Positions 63,671 through 64,000 of a stretch of DNA of 64,000 bases are shown here, piece by piece. Made by a program: the position numbers and the translations under genes. Each line of letters starts with the position of its first letter. Within the stretch, counting starts at the first letter, position 1. This stretch comes from Amoebidium appalachense (lineage: Eukaryota; Protista; Ichthyosporea): assembly GCA_963693365.1 (NCBI GenBank), contig CAVNZM010000012.1, positions 5,716,889-5,780,888 on the forward strand, written 5' to 3'. The notes under the pieces were generated by a model. It saw only the letters and a program-made list of their open reading frames with translations, had not been told where the DNA came from and did not search any database.

Positions 63671-64000
63671 TGTGGCTGTGGTCAGTGAAGACTAGGGTGG
63701 ACCCAAGGCTACAAACACACACCCCACTGGACCAGGTGCATAGTGTATGTGGCACGTCCTACCACACATCCCACTAGTACAGATGGATGTGGTGTCTCAA
63801 GCATACCCCCCACTAGTGCATGTGTATGCGGTAACCCAACCATACACAACTAGTGCATTTGTATGGGGTAACCCAACCATACACCCCACTATGCATATAT
63901 ACGTGGTGTCCCAACCACACACCCCACTAGACTAAGTGCATCTGCATGTGGTGTCCTACCATTTAAGGTAGCCACGCAACCACACCCCCAGCCTGCCAGC

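Noticed and set aside
63963-63975. TTAAGGTAGC matching the foldback terminus (also ~7947-7957)
   Set aside because: Too short; the partner end is not visible, and the 7950 match coincides with a splice donor.

Overview
Intron-rich eukaryotic DNA. The gene set (TBC1D30, animal-type transmembrane adenylyl cyclase, UNC13/Munc13, ataxin-3, ELOVL) in a compact protist-like layout suggests a unicellular holozoan; this is inference. Manual splicing recovers eight genes: ataxin-3/Josephin (+), TBC1D30-like RabGAP (-), TMEM143/DUF3754 (-), tmAC (+), ELOVL elongase (+), a Ser/Thr kinase (+), a Munc13-family MUN+C2 protein (+) and a 5'-truncated DeSI/PPPDE peptidase (-). Almost all long ORFs in the track are artefacts of (CA)n/(GT)n, poly-G/C and minisatellites. 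Main non-genic signals: (i) two ultra-short (38 and 22 bp) CAAGGC...GCCTTG elements, each in a perfect 8-bp target-site duplication; (ii) intronic tandem arrays apparently amplified from splice-junction sequence, one carrying ~30 copies of a branch point plus a U1-5'-end look-alike; (iii) introns with a CTRAY branch point but no polypyrimidine tract; (iv) a TTAA-flanked foldback nested in a TAA-flanked PIF/Harbinger-like MITE; (v) convergent genes with stop codons 5 nt apart. No rRNA, tRNA, CRISPR array or transposase was recognised. Exon boundaries were read by eye and need RNA-seq confirmation.
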